From positions 35,585 through 99,584 of the forward strand of contig CAWCCO010000008.1 of the NCBI GenBank assembly GCA_963794115.1: a stretch of 64,000 nucleotides of DNA, in the 5' to 3' direction. This DNA is from an uncultured Actinomycetes bacterium. GTDB lineage: Bacteria; Actinomycetota; Thermoleophilia; Gaiellales; Gaiellaceae. Shown one piece after another: positions 1-14,879 of this stretch. The stretch's first letter is position 1; every line of letters begins with the position of its first letter. The position numbers and the translations under genes are program-made. The notes beneath the pieces are model-generated. The model saw only the letters and a program-made list of their open reading frames with translations, searched no databases and had not been told where the DNA came from.

Positions 1-294
1 CCGACAGTCGTCGATCCCCGCGAAGAACGCGATCCGACCGCGGTTCTCCTCCTCCGCGAGCACCGCGACCGCACCGGTCTGCGCCATCGCCTCGACGATC
101 AGCACGCCCGGCATCACGGGACGCTCCGGGAAGTGGCCCGCGAACCACCAGCCGTCCTCCGGCACGCGATACGACGCCGAGACCCGCGTACCCGGCTCGA
201 GCTCGTTCACCTCGTCGAGCAGCAGGAAGGGGTCACGATGCGGAAGGATCGACGCGATCGTGTCCCGACCGAAGGGCGGGGTCGGAATGGACAC
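1..294 (-). CDS. fabZ: 3-hydroxyacyl-ACP dehydratase FabZ (runs off the window start)
   Basis: Manual translation from GTG 294 gives ...[14 protein letters not shown]...[25 protein letters not shown], the FabZ LPHR-x-PF and GHFP-x-x-P-x-MPGV motifs. A TACACT -10 lies 6 nt upstream. Confidence 0.93.
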   Translation of the reverse strand, partial: MSIPTPPFGRDTIASILPHRDPFLLLDEVNELEPGTRVSASYRVPEDGWWFAGHFPERPVMPGVLIVEAMAQTGAVAVLAEEENRGRIAFFAGIDDCR

Positions 295-322
295 GCGGCG
301 AGTGTACTCGGGCCGGTGGCCC

Positions 323-2419
323 TCAGCGGCGGCGCAGGACTGCCCGGTTTCCGGCCGCGTCGCGTGCGACGACGACCACTGTCCGGAGGCGCGAGATCCC
401 GCGCAGCCGCACGATCCCCGCCTTCGTCACGGTGACCCGACGGAGTGCGCCGTTCACGCGGACGACCAGGGCGGCCGGCTCGGAGACGCGCAGAGCCGCC
501 GGTGAGGTCGAGACGACCTGCACGACAGGCGCGGTGCGATCGAGGAGGACCGGCAGCTCGACCCGCACCGTGCCGACCGCGTCGACGGACTCGACCGAGA
601 CCACGTAGTCACCGTCGCGAGCACGCCCGATGCGCTTCGACCCGTCCCAGGTGGCCGTCTGGATCCCCGCGTCGAAGGACCCGGCGAGCGGAGTGGCGAT
701 CCAGTTCCCGTCGCGGAGGATCCTGACCGTGAGGTCCGCGGGCCCGGCCAGGGGGACGGAGATCGTCAGCGTGTCGCCGCTGCCGTCACCGTTCGGCGTG
801 AACGACGTCGCGTCGAGAGAGACACGGCCGAGGGTGCGGGTGACGAGGAGAGGAACGTCGACCGTCGCCACCCTGCCGCCCGTCGACCTCGCGGTCAGCC
901 TGAGCGTGTACGCGCCGTCGGCGAGCGACTGCCCTGCGACCGTGACCGTGCGCTCGCCCGCACGCCGCCAGCGAAGCGGCGCCGACTGCGCCACGACCGT
1001 GCCCGTCCCATCGACGACGGCGCCGCCGACGTTCGCGTCCGCGCTCAGCGTGAATCCCACCTCGGCCGTGTCGCCCTGGCCGTCGCCGTTCGGCGTCAGC
1101 GTCACGGGCGCCGCGTTCGTCACGGCGATCTGGAGGGCCGTCGTGGTCTGCGTGCCGAGCGTGCCGAGCGCCGGCGTGGCACCCGGCGCCTCGATCCGCC
1201 AGCGAGCGCCCGAGGGAATCGGGCCGATTGGCCGCCACGTCCAGTCGACAGCGGTGCTCATCCCGGTTCCGGAGCCGAGCTCGGCTCCGGCTGGGTCCGT
1301 CACGCTCACGCGCCAGCCGAGCGCGGACGAAAGCCGCGCGGTGAAGCGGATGCCACCACCCTCGTCGGGTGCGGCGAGCGGCGCGTAGAGCTTGGGCAGC
1401 CCGAGCGCGGCCACCCGCTTCGCGATCGAGGGCAAGAGCGCGTACAAGCGTTGGCCGGGGCACTCCGTCAGACCCGTGTCGCGGTGGCCGGAGATCGCCC
1501 GAAGCAGCACCGGGATCCCCGGGTTGAAGCGCTCGTTGCCGGACGAGATCGCGTTCACCGTCGACAACGGGTCGACGTGCGCGAGGTCGAGGCGCCACGC
1601 GAGCGTGCGCACGAGCGCGTCGACCGCGGCCTGTGGCGGGTCGACCGACTGGTAGTTCCCCATCACCGCGATGCCGAACGACCCGGTGTTGAACCCTTTC
1701 GCGTGCGCGCCGACCACGTTCCGGTCGATCCCGCCGTAGCGTCCCTCGTAGACGGTGCCGAACCGGTCGACAAGAGCGTTGTAGCCGATGTCGTTCCAGC
1801 CGTTTCCCTGCACGTGGTAGACCTCGATGCCCCGCACGATCGCCGGCGCCTGGAGCTTCGTGTAGTCGTTCGTCCCGGCCGTGTGGTGCACGAACGCCAT
1901 CCGCAGCGTGTCGGCGTAGATCGGCGCGGCCCGCCGGATCGACTCGTCAGCCTGCCACCCGCTCCGCGGCACGATCTGCGGTGCCCCCACCGTGGCGGTG
2001 AGCCGGAGCGGCACCTTCGAGACCGGGCTCCGCACGGTCAACGCCTGGGCACGGCCGACACGGCCGTGCGTCCGCACCTCGACCCGGTCGGCCTTTCCCA
2101 CCCAGACCGGCGCGCCGAGCCGCCAGCCTCGCGTCGCACCGGCCTCCGGGCTGCCCGGGTCCGGCGCGTCGCCGTCATCCTCGACGACTGGCTGCCAGGC
2201 CGACCACCGCCCGTTCGCGCCCAGCGTCCGGAAGTCGAGCGTCCCCGGGCCCCGCCAGTGGATTCCGACCAGCTGGAACGACGTCACGCGCCCGCTGGCG
2301 CTCAGCGTTCGCTCACCGTGCAACGCGAGCTCGTGCACCTCGAGCGTGGCGAGGCCGGCTGCGGCATGCCCCGGCCAGAGAAGCGCGAGCAAGATTGGGA
2401 GAGCGAATCGACGGAGCAT
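323..2419 (-). CDS. Secreted N-acetylmuramoyl-L-alanine amidase (PGRP/Amidase_2) with C-terminal FlgD-Ig-like repeats
   Basis: Signal peptide; [22 protein letters not shown] and GHRD..TECPG amidase motifs; two TPNGDG..D repeats. Confidence 0.88.
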   Translation of the reverse strand: MLRRFALPILLALLWPGHAAAGLATLEVHELALHGERTLSASGRVTSFQLVGIHWRGPGTLDFRTLGANGRWSAWQPVVEDDGDAPDPGSPEAGATRGWRLGAPVWVGKADRVEVRTHGRVGRAQALTVRSPVSKVPLRLTATVGAPQIVPRSGWQADESIRRAAPIYADTLRMAFVHHTAGTNDYTKLQAPAIVRGIEVYHVQGNGWNDIGYNALVDRFGTVYEGRYGGIDRNVVGAHAKGFNTGSFGIAVMGNYQSVDPPQAAVDALVRTLAWRLDLAHVDPLSTVNAISSGNERFNPGIPVLLRAISGHRDTGLTECPGQRLYALLPSIAKRVAALGLPKLYAPLAAPDEGGGIRFTARLSSALGWRVSVTDPAGAELGSGTGMSTAVDWTWRPIGPIPSGARWRIEAPGATPALGTLGTQTTTALQIAVTNAAPVTLTPNGDGQGDTAEVGFTLSADANVGGAVVDGTGTVVAQSAPLRWRRAGERTVTVAGQSLADGAYTLRLTARSTGGRVATVDVPLLVTRTLGRVSLDATSFTPNGDGSGDTLTISVPLAGPADLTVRILRDGNWIATPLAGSFDAGIQTATWDGSKRIGRARDGDYVVSVESVDAVGTVRVELPVLLDRTAPVVQVVSTSPAALRVSEPAALVVRVNGALRRVTVTKAGIVRLRGISRLRTVVVVARDAAGNRAVLRRR

Positions 2420-2541
2420 GCAGGGAAAACAGGGTGACGGAGGACGCCTTCTGCGGCAAGCGCCACGCCCCTTCCCTCACGGAATGCTTACGGCGCTGCC
2501 GGGGCAGTGGGGCACGCCGACGCTGGTACATTCGAAGCGTC

Positions 2542-3855
2542 GTGAACGCGGGCCTCGGGCGAGCGCTCGGAACCTTCCTGGTGGGGGTCGCCGCCGCGCT
2601 CGTGCTCAGCGGGGCCGCTGCGGGCGCCCCTTCCGGCTCCAGGGTGCTCGTCGTGGAGTTCGACAACGACGTGAACCCGGTCACCCAGGACTACCTGACC
2701 GACGAGCTGCGCCGCGGCGCGAAGGACGGCTACGCCGCCGTGGTGATCGAGATGGACACGCCCGGCGGGCTCGGGTCGTCGATGCGCGCGATCGTCAAGG
2801 AGATGCTCGCGGTGAAGGTGCCGGTCGTCGTCTACGTCGCGCCGTCCGGATCGAGCGCGGACTCCGCCGGCGCGGTGATCGGCCAGGCCTCGGACATCCT
2901 CGCGATGGCCCCGCAGACGAACATCGGCTCGTCGACGCCGATTACCTCGACGGGAGCGAACTTCGGCTCCGACCTGCGGAAGAAGGTCGTCAACGACGCC
3001 GCCGCGTACATCGCGGAGCTGGCGCGGGAGCACGACCGGAACGCCGTGAAGTCCGAGGCGATGGTGCGTGACGCCGCGAACTACGGCGCACGCGAGGCGC
3101 TCCGGCTCGGGATCGTCGACGTCGTGGCGCCGAGTGTGCCGGCGCTGCTCGAGGAGATCGACGGCCGCACGACCGTGCCGAAGGGTCTCGTCCTCCACAC
3201 CGCCGGCGCGGAGATCGAGCGGGTCGAGATGCCGTTCTGGAAGCGCGCGCTCGACCTGCTGATCGACCCGAACATCATCGCGCTGATGCTCTCGATCGGC
3301 CTGCTCGGCATCGTCGTCGAGCTGTGGAACCCGGGGATGATCTTCCCGGGGACGGTCGGCGCGATCTCGCTGATCATCGGCCTCTACGGCCTCCAGGTAC
3401 TGCCCGTCTCGATCGCGGGGCTCCTGCTGATGCTCCTCTCGGCCGCATTCTTCGTCGCGGAGGCGTTCGTCCCGAGCCACGGCGCGCTGACCGTGGCCGG
3501 CGGGATCACGTTCGTCCTCGGCGCGCTCCTCCTGTTCGACCCCGCGGGCGACGCCTACCAGGTCTCGATCTGGACCGCGCTCGGCATCGCGGCGGGCCTC
3601 GCGCTGCTGATGGGCCTCGCGCTGTCACGCGTCGTCAAGGCTCGGCGCAACCCGGTCGAGGTCGGCATCGGGCAGCTCGTGGGCGACGACGCCGTCGTGC
3701 GGCGTGACGGCTGGGTGGCCGTCGGCGGAGAGCTGTGGCGCGCCAAGACGCCCGACGGCAGTCCCCTCGTCCCCGGCGAGCACGTCACCGTGCGGTCCGT
3801 CGAGGATGGCCTCGAGCTCGTCGTAGGATCCCCGCACCCCACCGAAAGGGCCTGA
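2542..3855 (+). CDS. nfeD: NfeD membrane-bound ClpP-class serine protease
   Basis: DTPGG and [14 protein letters not shown] motifs, multi-TM region, C-terminal OB-like GELWRA; adjacent to an SPFH gene. Start placed at GTG 2542. Confidence 0.88.
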   Translation: MNAGLGRALGTFLVGVAAALVLSGAAAGAPSGSRVLVVEFDNDVNPVTQDYLTDELRRGAKDGYAAVVIEMDTPGGLGSSMRAIVKEMLAVKVPVVVYVAPSGSSADSAGAVIGQASDILAMAPQTNIGSSTPITSTGANFGSDLRKKVVNDAAAYIAELAREHDRNAVKSEAMVRDAANYGAREALRLGIVDVVAPSVPALLEEIDGRTTVPKGLVLHTAGAEIERVEMPFWKRALDLLIDPNIIALMLSIGLLGIVVELWNPGMIFPGTVGAISLIIGLYGLQVLPVSIAGLLLMLLSAAFFVAEAFVPSHGALTVAGGITFVLGALLLFDPAGDAYQVSIWTALGIAAGLALLMGLALSRVVKARRNPVEVGIGQLVGDDAVVRRDGWVAVGGELWRAKTPDGSPLVPGEHVTVRSVEDGLELVVGSPHPTERA

Positions 3856-4622
3856 TGTCCGCTGCGCTGATCGTCATCGTCGCGATCCTCGTCGTCCTCC
3901 TCGTCATCCTCTTCGCCGCCGTCAAGGTCGCGCGGGAGTACGAGCGGGGCGTGATCTTCCGTCTCGGCCGCCTGCTGCCACAGCCGAAGGGCCCGGGGCT
4001 GTTCATCCTGATCCCGGTGATCGACCGGATGGTGAAGGTCGACCTGCGAACGGTGACGCTCAACGTGCCGCCGCAGGAGGTGATCACGAAGGACAACGTC
4101 CCGGTGCGGGTCAACGCGGTCGCGTACTTCCGGATCGTCGAGCCGAAGGCGGCGATCGTGCAGATCGAGAACTACATGGTCGCGACGTCGCAGATCGCGC
4201 AGACGACCCTTCGGTCGGTGCTCGGCCAGCACGTGCTCGACGAGCTGCTCTCCGAGCGCGACAAGATCAACCAGATCCTCCAGTCGATCATCGACGAGGC
4301 GACCTCGCCGTGGGGGATCAAGGTCTCGATCGTCGAGGTGAAGGACGTCGAGATCCCCGGCGACATGCAGCGGGCGATGGCCCGTCAGGCCGAGGCCGAG
4401 CGAGAGCGTCGCGCAAAGGTCATCTCGGCCGAGGGCGAGTTCCAGGCGTCCGAGCGCCTCAAGGACGCGGCCGCGGTGATGGCGAAGGAGCCGATCACCG
4501 TCCAGCTCCGCTACCTGCAGACGCTGCTGGAGATCGGCGCGACGAACAACTCGACGATCGTGTTCCCGATCCCGATCGAGTTCCTGGAGACGCTCGGCCG
4601 CGGACCCAAGCACGCGGGCTGA
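3855..4622 (+). CDS. SPFH/stomatin-like (slipin) protein
   Basis: [21 protein letters not shown] and [16 protein letters not shown] motifs. ATG overlaps the nfeD stop. Confidence 0.93.
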   Translation: MSAALIVIVAILVVLLVILFAAVKVAREYERGVIFRLGRLLPQPKGPGLFILIPVIDRMVKVDLRTVTLNVPPQEVITKDNVPVRVNAVAYFRIVEPKAAIVQIENYMVATSQIAQTTLRSVLGQHVLDELLSERDKINQILQSIIDEATSPWGIKVSIVEVKDVEIPGDMQRAMARQAEAERERRAKVISAEGEFQASERLKDAAAVMAKEPITVQLRYLQTLLEIGATNNSTIVFPIPIEFLETLGRGPKHAG

Positions 4623-4631
4623 GTCCCGCGG

Positions 4632-4832
4632 ATGCGCGTCGTCGGCGTCGCCCTCGTCGCCCTCGTCCTCGCGCTGCTCGCCGCGGCAGCCGTGCGCGGC
4701 GTTCGGCGTGCAGCGTGGCCGCATGACGTCGAGGGCGCGGAGCGCAGCGTCACGCGGTCGGTCGTCGAGGGCCTGATCGTGCTCGCCGTGGTGATCCTCG
4801 GCGTGGTGATCGTCGTCGCCTTCTTGGACTAG
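4632..4832 (+). CDS. Small two-TM hypothetical membrane protein
   Basis: 66-aa ORF with two hydrophobic segments directly after the SPFH gene. Confidence 0.5.
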   Translation: MRVVGVALVALVLALLAAAAVRGVRRAAWPHDVEGAERSVTRSVVEGLIVLAVVILGVVIVVAFLD

Positions 4833-4835
4833 GCG

Positions 4836-7367
4836 CTACTCGGTGGCCACGTCGGGCGTGGGCTCGGCCAGAGGCTCGGTCTCGTCGACGGGGAGCTCGG
4901 TGTCGTCGTCCGAGCCGATCACCGGAGCGAGGCTCGAGACCTTCTCTCCCTCGCGGAGCCGCATGACGATCACGCCCTGAGTCGCCCGGCCGAGACGCTT
5001 GATCTCGTCGACCGCCATCCGGATCACGGTGCCGCCATCCGAGATCAGCATCACCTGGTAGCCCTCGCGGACGATGCGCGCGCCCGCCAGCTGGCCCTTC
5101 CCCTCGACGAGCTGCGCCGTCTTGACGCCCATGCCGCCGCGACCCTTCGCGGGGTACTCCGAAACCCGAGTCCGCTTGCCGTAGCCGTTCTCGGTCACCA
5201 CGAGCAGGTCGGTGTCGTCCTCGGCGATGTTGACCGAGATCACCTCGTCGCCGGCGCGGAGCTTCATCCCCGCGACGCCCGAGGTGTCGCGTCCCATCGC
5301 GCGGACGTCGGTCTCGTGGAACCGGATCGCCTGGCCCTTCCGCGAGACCATCAGGATGTCGTTCGACCCCGTGGAGTGGCGGACGCCGACCAGCTCGTCG
5401 CCGTCGCGCATCTTGATCGCGATGATCCCGTCCGCCTTGAGCGGCGTGTTGTACGAGCCGAGCTCCGTCTTCTTGACGACCCCGTTCTTCGTCGCGAACA
5501 CGAGGTGCTTCGCCTCGGCGAAGTCCCGCGTCTGGATCACCGCACGGACCTGCTCGTCCTGCCGGAACGGCAGGAGGTTGACGAGGGCGCGACCGCGCGA
5601 CTGGCGTGACCCGAGCGGCAGCTCGTGCACCTTCAGCCGGTAGACCTTCCCGACGTTCGTGAAGAAGAGGATGAAATCGTGCGTCGAGGCGACGAACAGG
5701 TGCTCGATGAAGTCCTCGTCCTTGAGCTCCATTCCCATCACGCCGATCCCGCCGCGTCGCTGCTCTCGGTACGTGGTCACGGGGAGCCGCTTGATGTAGC
5801 CCGACCGCGTGATCGCGATGACCATGTCCTCTTCCGCGATCAGGTCCTCGAGCTCGAGCTCGTCTTCGGCGGCGACGATCTCGGTGCGCCGATCGTCGTT
5901 GCGGCCGTACAGCTGCTTGATCTCGATGAGCTCCTCGCGGACGACGCCGTCGATCCGGGCCGGATCGCCGAGGATCGCGCGGAGCTCGCCGATCCGCTCC
6001 TGGAGATCGGCATGCTCGTCTTCGACCTCCTTGCGCGCGAGGCCCGTCAACCGCGCGAGGCGCATGTCGAGGATCGCCTGCGCCTGGATCTCGGACAGCG
6101 AGAACTGCTCCTGGAGGCCCGTGCGCGCCTCGTCGGTGTCGTTGGCCGCACGGATCAGGGCGATCACCGCGTCGAGGTTGTCGAGCGCGATCAGGTAGCC
6201 CCGGAGGACGTGCGCGCGCTTCTCCGCCTGGCGCAGCTCGTACTTCGAGCGGCGGACGACGACCTCGCGCTGGAAGTCCAGGTAATGCCGGACGAGCTCG
6301 AGCAGCGAGAGCGTCCTCGGCACACCGTCGACGAGCGCCACCGCGTTGTAGCCGAACGTCGTCTGCAGCGGGGTGTGCTTGAACAGCTTGTTGAGCGCCA
6401 CCTGTGGCACGGCGTCGCGTTTCAGCTCGACCTGGATGCGCATCCCTGTGCGGTCGGAATGGTCGGCGAGGTCGCTCACCTCCGTCAGCACCTTGTCGTT
6501 GACGAGCTCGGCGATCTTTGCGATCACGCCGGTGTCCCCGCCCTTCTTGACGCCGTAGGGCAGCTCGGTGACGACGATCGCGGACTTGCCGCCGCGCAAC
6601 TCCTCGATATGGGCACGCGCGCGCATCACGACCCGGCCGCGGCCGGAGCGGTACGCGTCGCGGATTCCCGAGCGGCCAACGATGTACCCGCCGGTCGGGA
6701 AGTCGGGCCCCTTGACGTGCTTCATCAGCTTCTCGACGTCCGTCTCCGGGTCGTCGATCATCCCGACGATCGCGTCGACGATCTCCGCGAGCCGGTGCGG
6801 CGGCATGTTCGTGGCCATCCCGACCGCGATCCCCGCCGAGCCGTTCACGAGGAGATTCGGGAACCGCGACGGCAGCGTGAGCGGCTCGCGCCGCGACTCG
6901 TCGTAGTTCGGGCCGAAGTCGACCGTGTCGGCGTCGATGTCCCGCAGCATCTCGGCGGCGATGCGGGCGAGGCGAGCTTCCGTATACCGCATCGCGGCGG
7001 GCGGATCGTCGTCGATCGAGCCGAAGTTGCCCTGCCCGTCGATGAGCGGGTAGCGCAGCGAGAAGGGCTGCGCCATCCGCACGAGCGTGTCGTAGATCGA
7101 CGCGTCGCCGTGCGGGTGGTGGTTGCCCATCACGTCGCCGACGACCTTCGAGCTCTTCACGTACGGGCGGCCGGGGCGGAATCCGCCGTCCCACATCGAC
7201 CACAGGACGCGGCGATGGACCGGCTTGAGGCCGTCGCGGACGTCGGGCAGCGCCCGCCCGACGATGACCGACATCGCGTAGTCGAGGTAGCTCGAGCGCA
7301 TCTCCTGCTCGAGCTCGCGCGACTCCACCCGCCCCGGTCCGAGCGCCCCTGTCTCTACCTCGGACAC
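4836..7367 (-). CDS. gyrA: DNA gyrase subunit A
   Basis: RALPDVRDGLKPVHRR, HPHGD, catalytic AAMRYTE, GyrA-box QRRGGIG and beta-pinwheel repeats. Confidence 0.98.
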   Translation of the reverse strand: MSEVETGALGPGRVESRELEQEMRSSYLDYAMSVIVGRALPDVRDGLKPVHRRVLWSMWDGGFRPGRPYVKSSKVVGDVMGNHHPHGDASIYDTLVRMAQPFSLRYPLIDGQGNFGSIDDDPPAAMRYTEARLARIAAEMLRDIDADTVDFGPNYDESRREPLTLPSRFPNLLVNGSAGIAVGMATNMPPHRLAEIVDAIVGMIDDPETDVEKLMKHVKGPDFPTGGYIVGRSGIRDAYRSGRGRVVMRARAHIEELRGGKSAIVVTELPYGVKKGGDTGVIAKIAELVNDKVLTEVSDLADHSDRTGMRIQVELKRDAVPQVALNKLFKHTPLQTTFGYNAVALVDGVPRTLSLLELVRHYLDFQREVVVRRSKYELRQAEKRAHVLRGYLIALDNLDAVIALIRAANDTDEARTGLQEQFSLSEIQAQAILDMRLARLTGLARKEVEDEHADLQERIGELRAILGDPARIDGVVREELIEIKQLYGRNDDRRTEIVAAEDELELEDLIAEEDMVIAITRSGYIKRLPVTTYREQRRGGIGVMGMELKDEDFIEHLFVASTHDFILFFTNVGKVYRLKVHELPLGSRQSRGRALVNLLPFRQDEQVRAVIQTRDFAEAKHLVFATKNGVVKKTELGSYNTPLKADGIIAIKMRDGDELVGVRHSTGSNDILMVSRKGQAIRFHETDVRAMGRDTSGVAGMKLRAGDEVISVNIAEDDTDLLVVTENGYGKRTRVSEYPAKGRGGMGVKTAQLVEGKGQLAGARIVREGYQVMLISDGGTVIRMAVDEIKRLGRATQGVIVMRLREGEKVSSLAPVIGSDDDTELPVDETEPLAEPTPDVATE

Positions 7368-7368
7368 G

Positions 7369-10272
<2,904 letters not shown>

Positions 10273-10273
<1 letters not shown>

Positions 10274-11355
10274 CAGGCGGCCGCCTCCACATGACCGGAG
10301 GTCACGACCAGGAGCTGGGCCGGCGCCAGCGGAAGCGCCTCCGCACCCGTCGCGGTGACGAGCGTCTGACCAACGCTGCCGAGTCGCGTCGAGAGGAGCT
10401 TTCGCCGATCGGCGTCAAGCTCCGACAGGGCGTCGTCGAGCAGCAGGAGCGGGGGGATCCCGACCTGATCGGTCAGGACGCCGGCCTCGGCGAGAAGCAG
10501 CGAGAGGACTGCCATCCGCTGCTCGCCCTGGGAGCCGAACGTCCGCAGGTCGCGGTCACCGGCGAGCAGGCGGACGTCGTCGAGGTGCGGCCCGAGACCG
10601 GTCGTCCCCCGCTCGAGGTCGCGCGACAGGCGCTCGTCGAGGGCGATGCGGGTCGGAGGCTCCCCGTCGTAGGCGAGCAGCCCTCCGGCGAGCCCGAGCT
10701 CGGCAGAGCGGTCGGCGAACGCGGGCGCGAGCAGCGACACGAGCTGTCGGCGGGCGTCGACCAGAGCCCCCGCGAGCTCGACGACCCGCTCCGTCCAGGG
10801 CTCGAGGACGTCGGGGCCCGAGAGACCGGCGCCGACGCGGCGCAGGGCGGCGTTCCGCTGCGCCAGCGCGGACGCGTATGCGACCGGGAGGTCTGCGCGT
10901 GCGGGGAGCACGCGTGCGAGGACCCGGTCGAAGTAGGCCCTGCGCGTCGCGGGACCGCCCTTGACGACGGCCAGGCGGTCGGGCGTGAAGACGAGGGTGT
11001 GCACCTTCCGCCGGAGCTCCTCCGCCGACGCGACCGGCGCCCCGTCCAGACGGATCCGCTTCGGCGCCTCGCGCGAGAGCGTCACCTCCACCCGAACGCC
11101 GACCTGTCCTCGCAGCCCACGTGCGGCGACGCGAGCGGCTGTCGCGCCGTTCCGGACGATCTGCGCGTCGTGACGGGTGCGGAACGAGAGCCCCTGCGTC
11201 GCGAGATGGACGGCCTCCAGGAGGTTTGTCTTGCCCGCTCCGTTCGGCCCCGTCACGAGAACGAGGCCGGGCTCGAGCGCGAGCTCGAGCTGCCGGTACG
11301 AACGCACGTCACGAATCGAGACGGCATCGGCTATCACCCTGCGGCGAGTCGACAT
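10273..11355 (-). CDS. recF: DNA replication and repair protein RecF
   Basis: GPNGAGKTNLLEA, GPHLDD, GSQGEQR and LLLDDALSELD motifs. Confidence 0.96.
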
Positions 11356-11410
11356 TTCAGGACCGAAGCGAAAAGTGCGTCGCCTGAGCGCGCCGCACCT
11401 TTCGCGCCGG

Positions 11411-12538
11411 TCATCCGGCGAGCCGGATGGGCATGATCAGGTACCAGAAGCTGTCGCCGTCGGTGCTGATCAGGCCCGGCCTGAGTGGGTTGATGAGCTC
11501 GAGCTTCACCTCGTCGGCCGTGACCGACTCGAGGCCCTCGCGCAGGAACTCCGCGTTGAACCCGATCTCGAGCGGCTCGCCGGAGTAGCGCACCGCGAGC
11601 GACTCGCGCGTCTCGCCGACGTCCTGGCTCTGCGCAGAGACCGTCAGCTCGCCCTCCTCGAACCGGAGCCGAAGCGGCGTGTTCCGCTGCGCCATCACCG
11701 CAGCGCGACGCACCACGTCGAGCAGCTCGGCGCGGTTCAACTCGAGCTCGACCTCGAAGGACTCGGGCCTGAGCTGCTGCACGTTCGGGAACTGACCGTC
11801 GATCCGGCGCGTCGTCAGCCACGCCCGGCCGGTGCCGAAGATCACGTGGTTCTCGTTGACCCCCAGCTGGATCCGCTCGGCGCCGGCGGCGATGCGACCG
11901 AGTTCGTCGAGCGCGCGGGCGGGGATGATCGCCTCGAGCTCCGGCCCGCCGTTCTCGAGCTTGGTCTCCTTGACGGACATCCGGTACGAGTCGGTCGCCG
12001 CCATCGTCAGCTTCGAGCCCTCGAACTGCACGAGGATCCCGGTCAGCACCGGGCGGGACTCGTCCCGCGACGCGGCCCGTGAGACCCGCTGGATGGTGTC
12101 GAGCAGCGCGGTCGCGTCGATCTCCTGCAGCGGCACGTCGACCGAGGGCAGGCGCGGGAAGTCCTCCGCTGCGAAGACGTTGAGCCGTGACGAGTACGAC
12201 CCGGCCTCGATCGACGCTGCGCCCTGCTCCGGCGCGTGCGCGAGCGTCACCTCGCCCGGCGGCAGAAGCCGGACGATGTCGCCCAGGAGCTTCGCCGGCA
12301 CGACCAGCGCGCCCTCTCCCGCGACGGTCGCCGGGACGGTCGTCCGGAGCGAGAGCTCCATGTCTGTCGCCTCGAGCTCCAGCAACCCGTCCGCGGCACG
12401 GATGCCAACGCCGCCGAGCACCTGAACGGTGCCACGCGACGACGCCGCGCGTGCCACGAGCTGCAGCCCGGCGGCGAGTTCGTCGCGATCGACGGTGACG
12501 CGGATGCTGGAGCCGACCACAGTGTCGGTTTCCATCAT
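11411..12538 (-). CDS. dnaN: DNA polymerase III beta sliding clamp
   Basis: ATDMELS, SRPVLTG, ATDSYRM, IGFNAEFL and YLIMPIRL motifs. Confidence 0.97.
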   Translation of the reverse strand: MMETDTVVGSSIRVTVDRDELAAGLQLVARAASSRGTVQVLGGVGIRAADGLLELEATDMELSLRTTVPATVAGEGALVVPAKLLGDIVRLLPPGEVTLAHAPEQGAASIEAGSYSSRLNVFAAEDFPRLPSVDVPLQEIDATALLDTIQRVSRAASRDESRPVLTGILVQFEGSKLTMAATDSYRMSVKETKLENGGPELEAIIPARALDELGRIAAGAERIQLGVNENHVIFGTGRAWLTTRRIDGQFPNVQQLRPESFEVELELNRAELLDVVRRAAVMAQRNTPLRLRFEEGELTVSAQSQDVGETRESLAVRYSGEPLEIGFNAEFLREGLESVTADEVKLELINPLRPGLISTDGDSFWYLIMPIRLAG

Positions 12539-12706
12539 GTCTTTTTAAAACCTTTCGTCGTAGTGCTTAGGGAGTGTGGACATCGGGGATGACGGACTGG
12601 ATCCCTGTGGTCATGCGGCTCGAGGGGTGTGGGTCCAGAGCGCGAGTTGTCCACGGGTCCGACAGCCGCGCGCTCTCCGGCTGCGATCTGGCGAGATTCA
12701 TCCACG
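12539..12706. promoter_or_regulatory. oriC part 1 (dnaA-dnaN intergenic): DnaA-box-like sites and short AT-rich stretch
   Basis: TGTGGACAT 12575-83, TGTGGTCAT 12606-14, TTGTCCACG 12647-55, TCATCCACG 12698-706; AT-rich CTTTTTAAAACCTTT at 12541. Confidence 0.75.
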
Positions 12707-14053
12707 ATGCTTGATCCGCGCCGTGAGGTCTTGCACGAGGTTGTACACAGCCCTGTCCTCGGAGATCATGCGCGTGATCTTCGCGTTCGCATGGAGGACG
12801 GTCGAGTGGTCGCGGCCGCCGAACTCCTTGCCGATCTTCGGGAGCGACGCGTCGGTCAGCTCGCGGGAGAGGTACATCGCCACCTGTCGCGGGTAGGCGA
12901 CCGCCTGTGAGCGTCGCTGGCTGCAGAGCTCCTCGACGCTGAGCGAGAAACGGTCGCAGACGGCGTCCTGGATCGCGCCGATCGTCACCTCGGGGACGCC
13001 GCCGTTGGACGGGAAGAGGTCGCGCAGGACCTGCTCGGCGAGGTCGACGTCGAGCGGCAGCCCGGTGAGGGAGGAGAACGCGACCACGCGTGTCAGCGCG
13101 CCCTCGAGCTCCCGGATGTTCGTGGAGACCCGGCCCGCGATGAACGTCAGCACCTCGGGATCGTGGATCGCGATCCCGTCGGTCGTGACCTTCTTGCGAA
13201 GGATCGCGATGCGCGTCTCCAGGTCGGGCGGCTGGATGTCCGTGATCAGCCCCCACTCGAACCGCGAGCGCAGGCGCTCCTCGAGCGTCGCGATCTCCTT
13301 GGGCGGGCGGTCGGACGAGATGACGATCTGCCGCCCGGCCTCGTAGAGCGAGTTGAAGGTGTGGAAGAACTCCTCCTGGAACCGCTCCTTGCCCTCGAGG
13401 AACTGGATGTCGTCCACGAGCAGCACGTCGTACGCGCGGTAGCGGTGCTTGAACCCCTCGATCCGCTTGTCCCGCAGTGAGTTGATGAAGTCGTTCGTGA
13501 ACGTCTCGCTCGTGACGTAGCGGCGCGTGAGCCCCTTCGAGTGGTCGCTCACGTACGCGCCGATCGCCTGCAGGAGATGGGTCTTGCCGAGCCCCGTGCC
13601 GCCGTAGATGAAGAGCGGGTTGTACGCCTGCGCCGGCGCCTCCGCGACGGCGAGCGCGGCCGCGTGAGCGAACCGGTTGGACGAGCCGATCACGAAGTTG
13701 TCGAACGTGTACTTGGGATTGGCGCCGGGTTGCGGCTCCGCGGCGGGTGTCGCGCGGGGGGCGGCACCGGGCGACTCGGCGGGCTCGGCCTGCTCGGCGA
13801 CGGTCAGGGAGACGCGCATCTCGCGGCCGACAGCGTCGCGGGTCGCGGCGCGCACCAACCCGAGGAAGTGACTCTCGATCCACTCGCGCGTGAAGTCGTT
13901 CGGGACGACCACGACGAACGCGTCGTCGCTCAACTGCGCGCCGCCGGCGGCGCCGAACCACGTCGCGTGGGTGGTCTCGTTGAGCGTTTCCCGGAGGCGT
14001 CGGGAGACGTCGTCCCAAAGATGGTCGGCAGTGCGATCGCCGGCGGGCTCCAA
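12698..14053 (-). CDS. dnaA: Chromosomal replication initiator DnaA
   Basis: [40 protein letters not shown] and GGRDHSTV motifs; TTG start. Confidence 0.98.
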   Translation of the reverse strand: MEPAGDRTADHLWDDVSRRLRETLNETTHATWFGAAGGAQLSDDAFVVVVPNDFTREWIESHFLGLVRAATRDAVGREMRVSLTVAEQAEPAESPGAAPRATPAAEPQPGANPKYTFDNFVIGSSNRFAHAAALAVAEAPAQAYNPLFIYGGTGLGKTHLLQAIGAYVSDHSKGLTRRYVTSETFTNDFINSLRDKRIEGFKHRYRAYDVLLVDDIQFLEGKERFQEEFFHTFNSLYEAGRQIVISSDRPPKEIATLEERLRSRFEWGLITDIQPPDLETRIAILRKKVTTDGIAIHDPEVLTFIAGRVSTNIRELEGALTRVVAFSSLTGLPLDVDLAEQVLRDLFPSNGGVPEVTIGAIQDAVCDRFSLSVEELCSQRRSQAVAYPRQVAMYLSRELTDASLPKIGKEFGGRDHSTVLHANAKITRMISEDRAVYNLVQDLTARIKHRG

Positions 14054-14384
14054 CGCGGTGTTCGACGCTCCTCTCGGGGTCGCGGGAGCGCGAGCATACC
14101 ACCCTCCCGAGGCGCCGTCCGAGACGCGTAGGGCCCGCCGAACCTGAGAAATAGGAGGTAATTTGCAGGGATTTCTCCGGTCTCCACACGAATCTCCACA
14201 GCTGTGGACAACCGCATCAGGCGCGTCTTGGAGGGCGACATTCGTCCCCGTGAGCAGCCTTTTCCCGCGAGGCCGCGAACGGCCCGGGTGTGGATAACCT
14301 GCCGCTCCGGGCCTCGTCTATACTCCGCGCTTCGCCGTGCCCGCGGGGTACGGGCACCATTCGTCGCGAAGGCCTCCTCGAACC
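14054..14384. promoter_or_regulatory. dnaA-rpmH divergent intergenic region with DnaA boxes and promoters
   Basis: Perfect boxes TGTGGACAA 14203-11 and TGTGGATAA 14289-97; -10 TATACT 14319-24 (rpmH); minus-strand TATGCT 14093-98 (dnaA). Confidence 0.8.
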
Positions 14385-14519
14385 GTGAAACGCACGTATC
14401 AGCCGAACGTCCGCCGCCGCAAGCGCAAGCACGGCTTCCGCGCGCGCATGTCCACCCGCGGTGGCCGCGCGATCCTGAAGCGTCGCCGCGCCAAGGGCCG
14501 GAAGCGGCTCTCCGCGTAG
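14385..14519 (+). CDS. rpmH: 50S ribosomal protein L34
   Basis: [44 protein letters not shown]. Confidence 0.98.
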   Translation: MKRTYQPNVRRRKRKHGFRARMSTRGGRAILKRRRAKGRKRLSA

Positions 14520-14528
14520 CCGCAGGCC

Positions 14529-14879
14529 GTGGAGCGCCGCCACCGCCTGTCCCGGTCGCGTGATTTCGATGCGGTCTACCGGCAGGGACGATCCGTGTCG
14601 ACCCGCTCGCTGACATTGCATTGGTTTGCCCGGGAAGAGGATGCGGGCGGCGCGGCGCGTGTCGGTCTCGCGATCCCGCGCGCGGTCGGCTCGGCCGTCG
14701 TCCGGAACCGGCTCAAGCGCCAGCTGCGGGCCGTCTGGGCGGAGGTCGCCGTGGACGCGCCGCACGGCTGCGACTACGTGCTCGTCGCGCGACCTGGTCT
14801 CGCGGAGCCGGCGACGACCCGTGGTCACGAGTGGCTCGTCGAGCAGGTCCGTGAGGTGCTCGGCAAGGTGAAGGAATGA
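14529..14879 (+). CDS. rnpA: Ribonuclease P protein component
   Basis: RL..SRDF..VY and RNR motif GSAVVRNRLKRQLR. Confidence 0.95.
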   Translation: MERRHRLSRSRDFDAVYRQGRSVSTRSLTLHWFAREEDAGGAARVGLAIPRAVGSAVVRNRLKRQLRAVWAEVAVDAPHGCDYVLVARPGLAEPATTRGHEWLVEQVREVLGKVKE

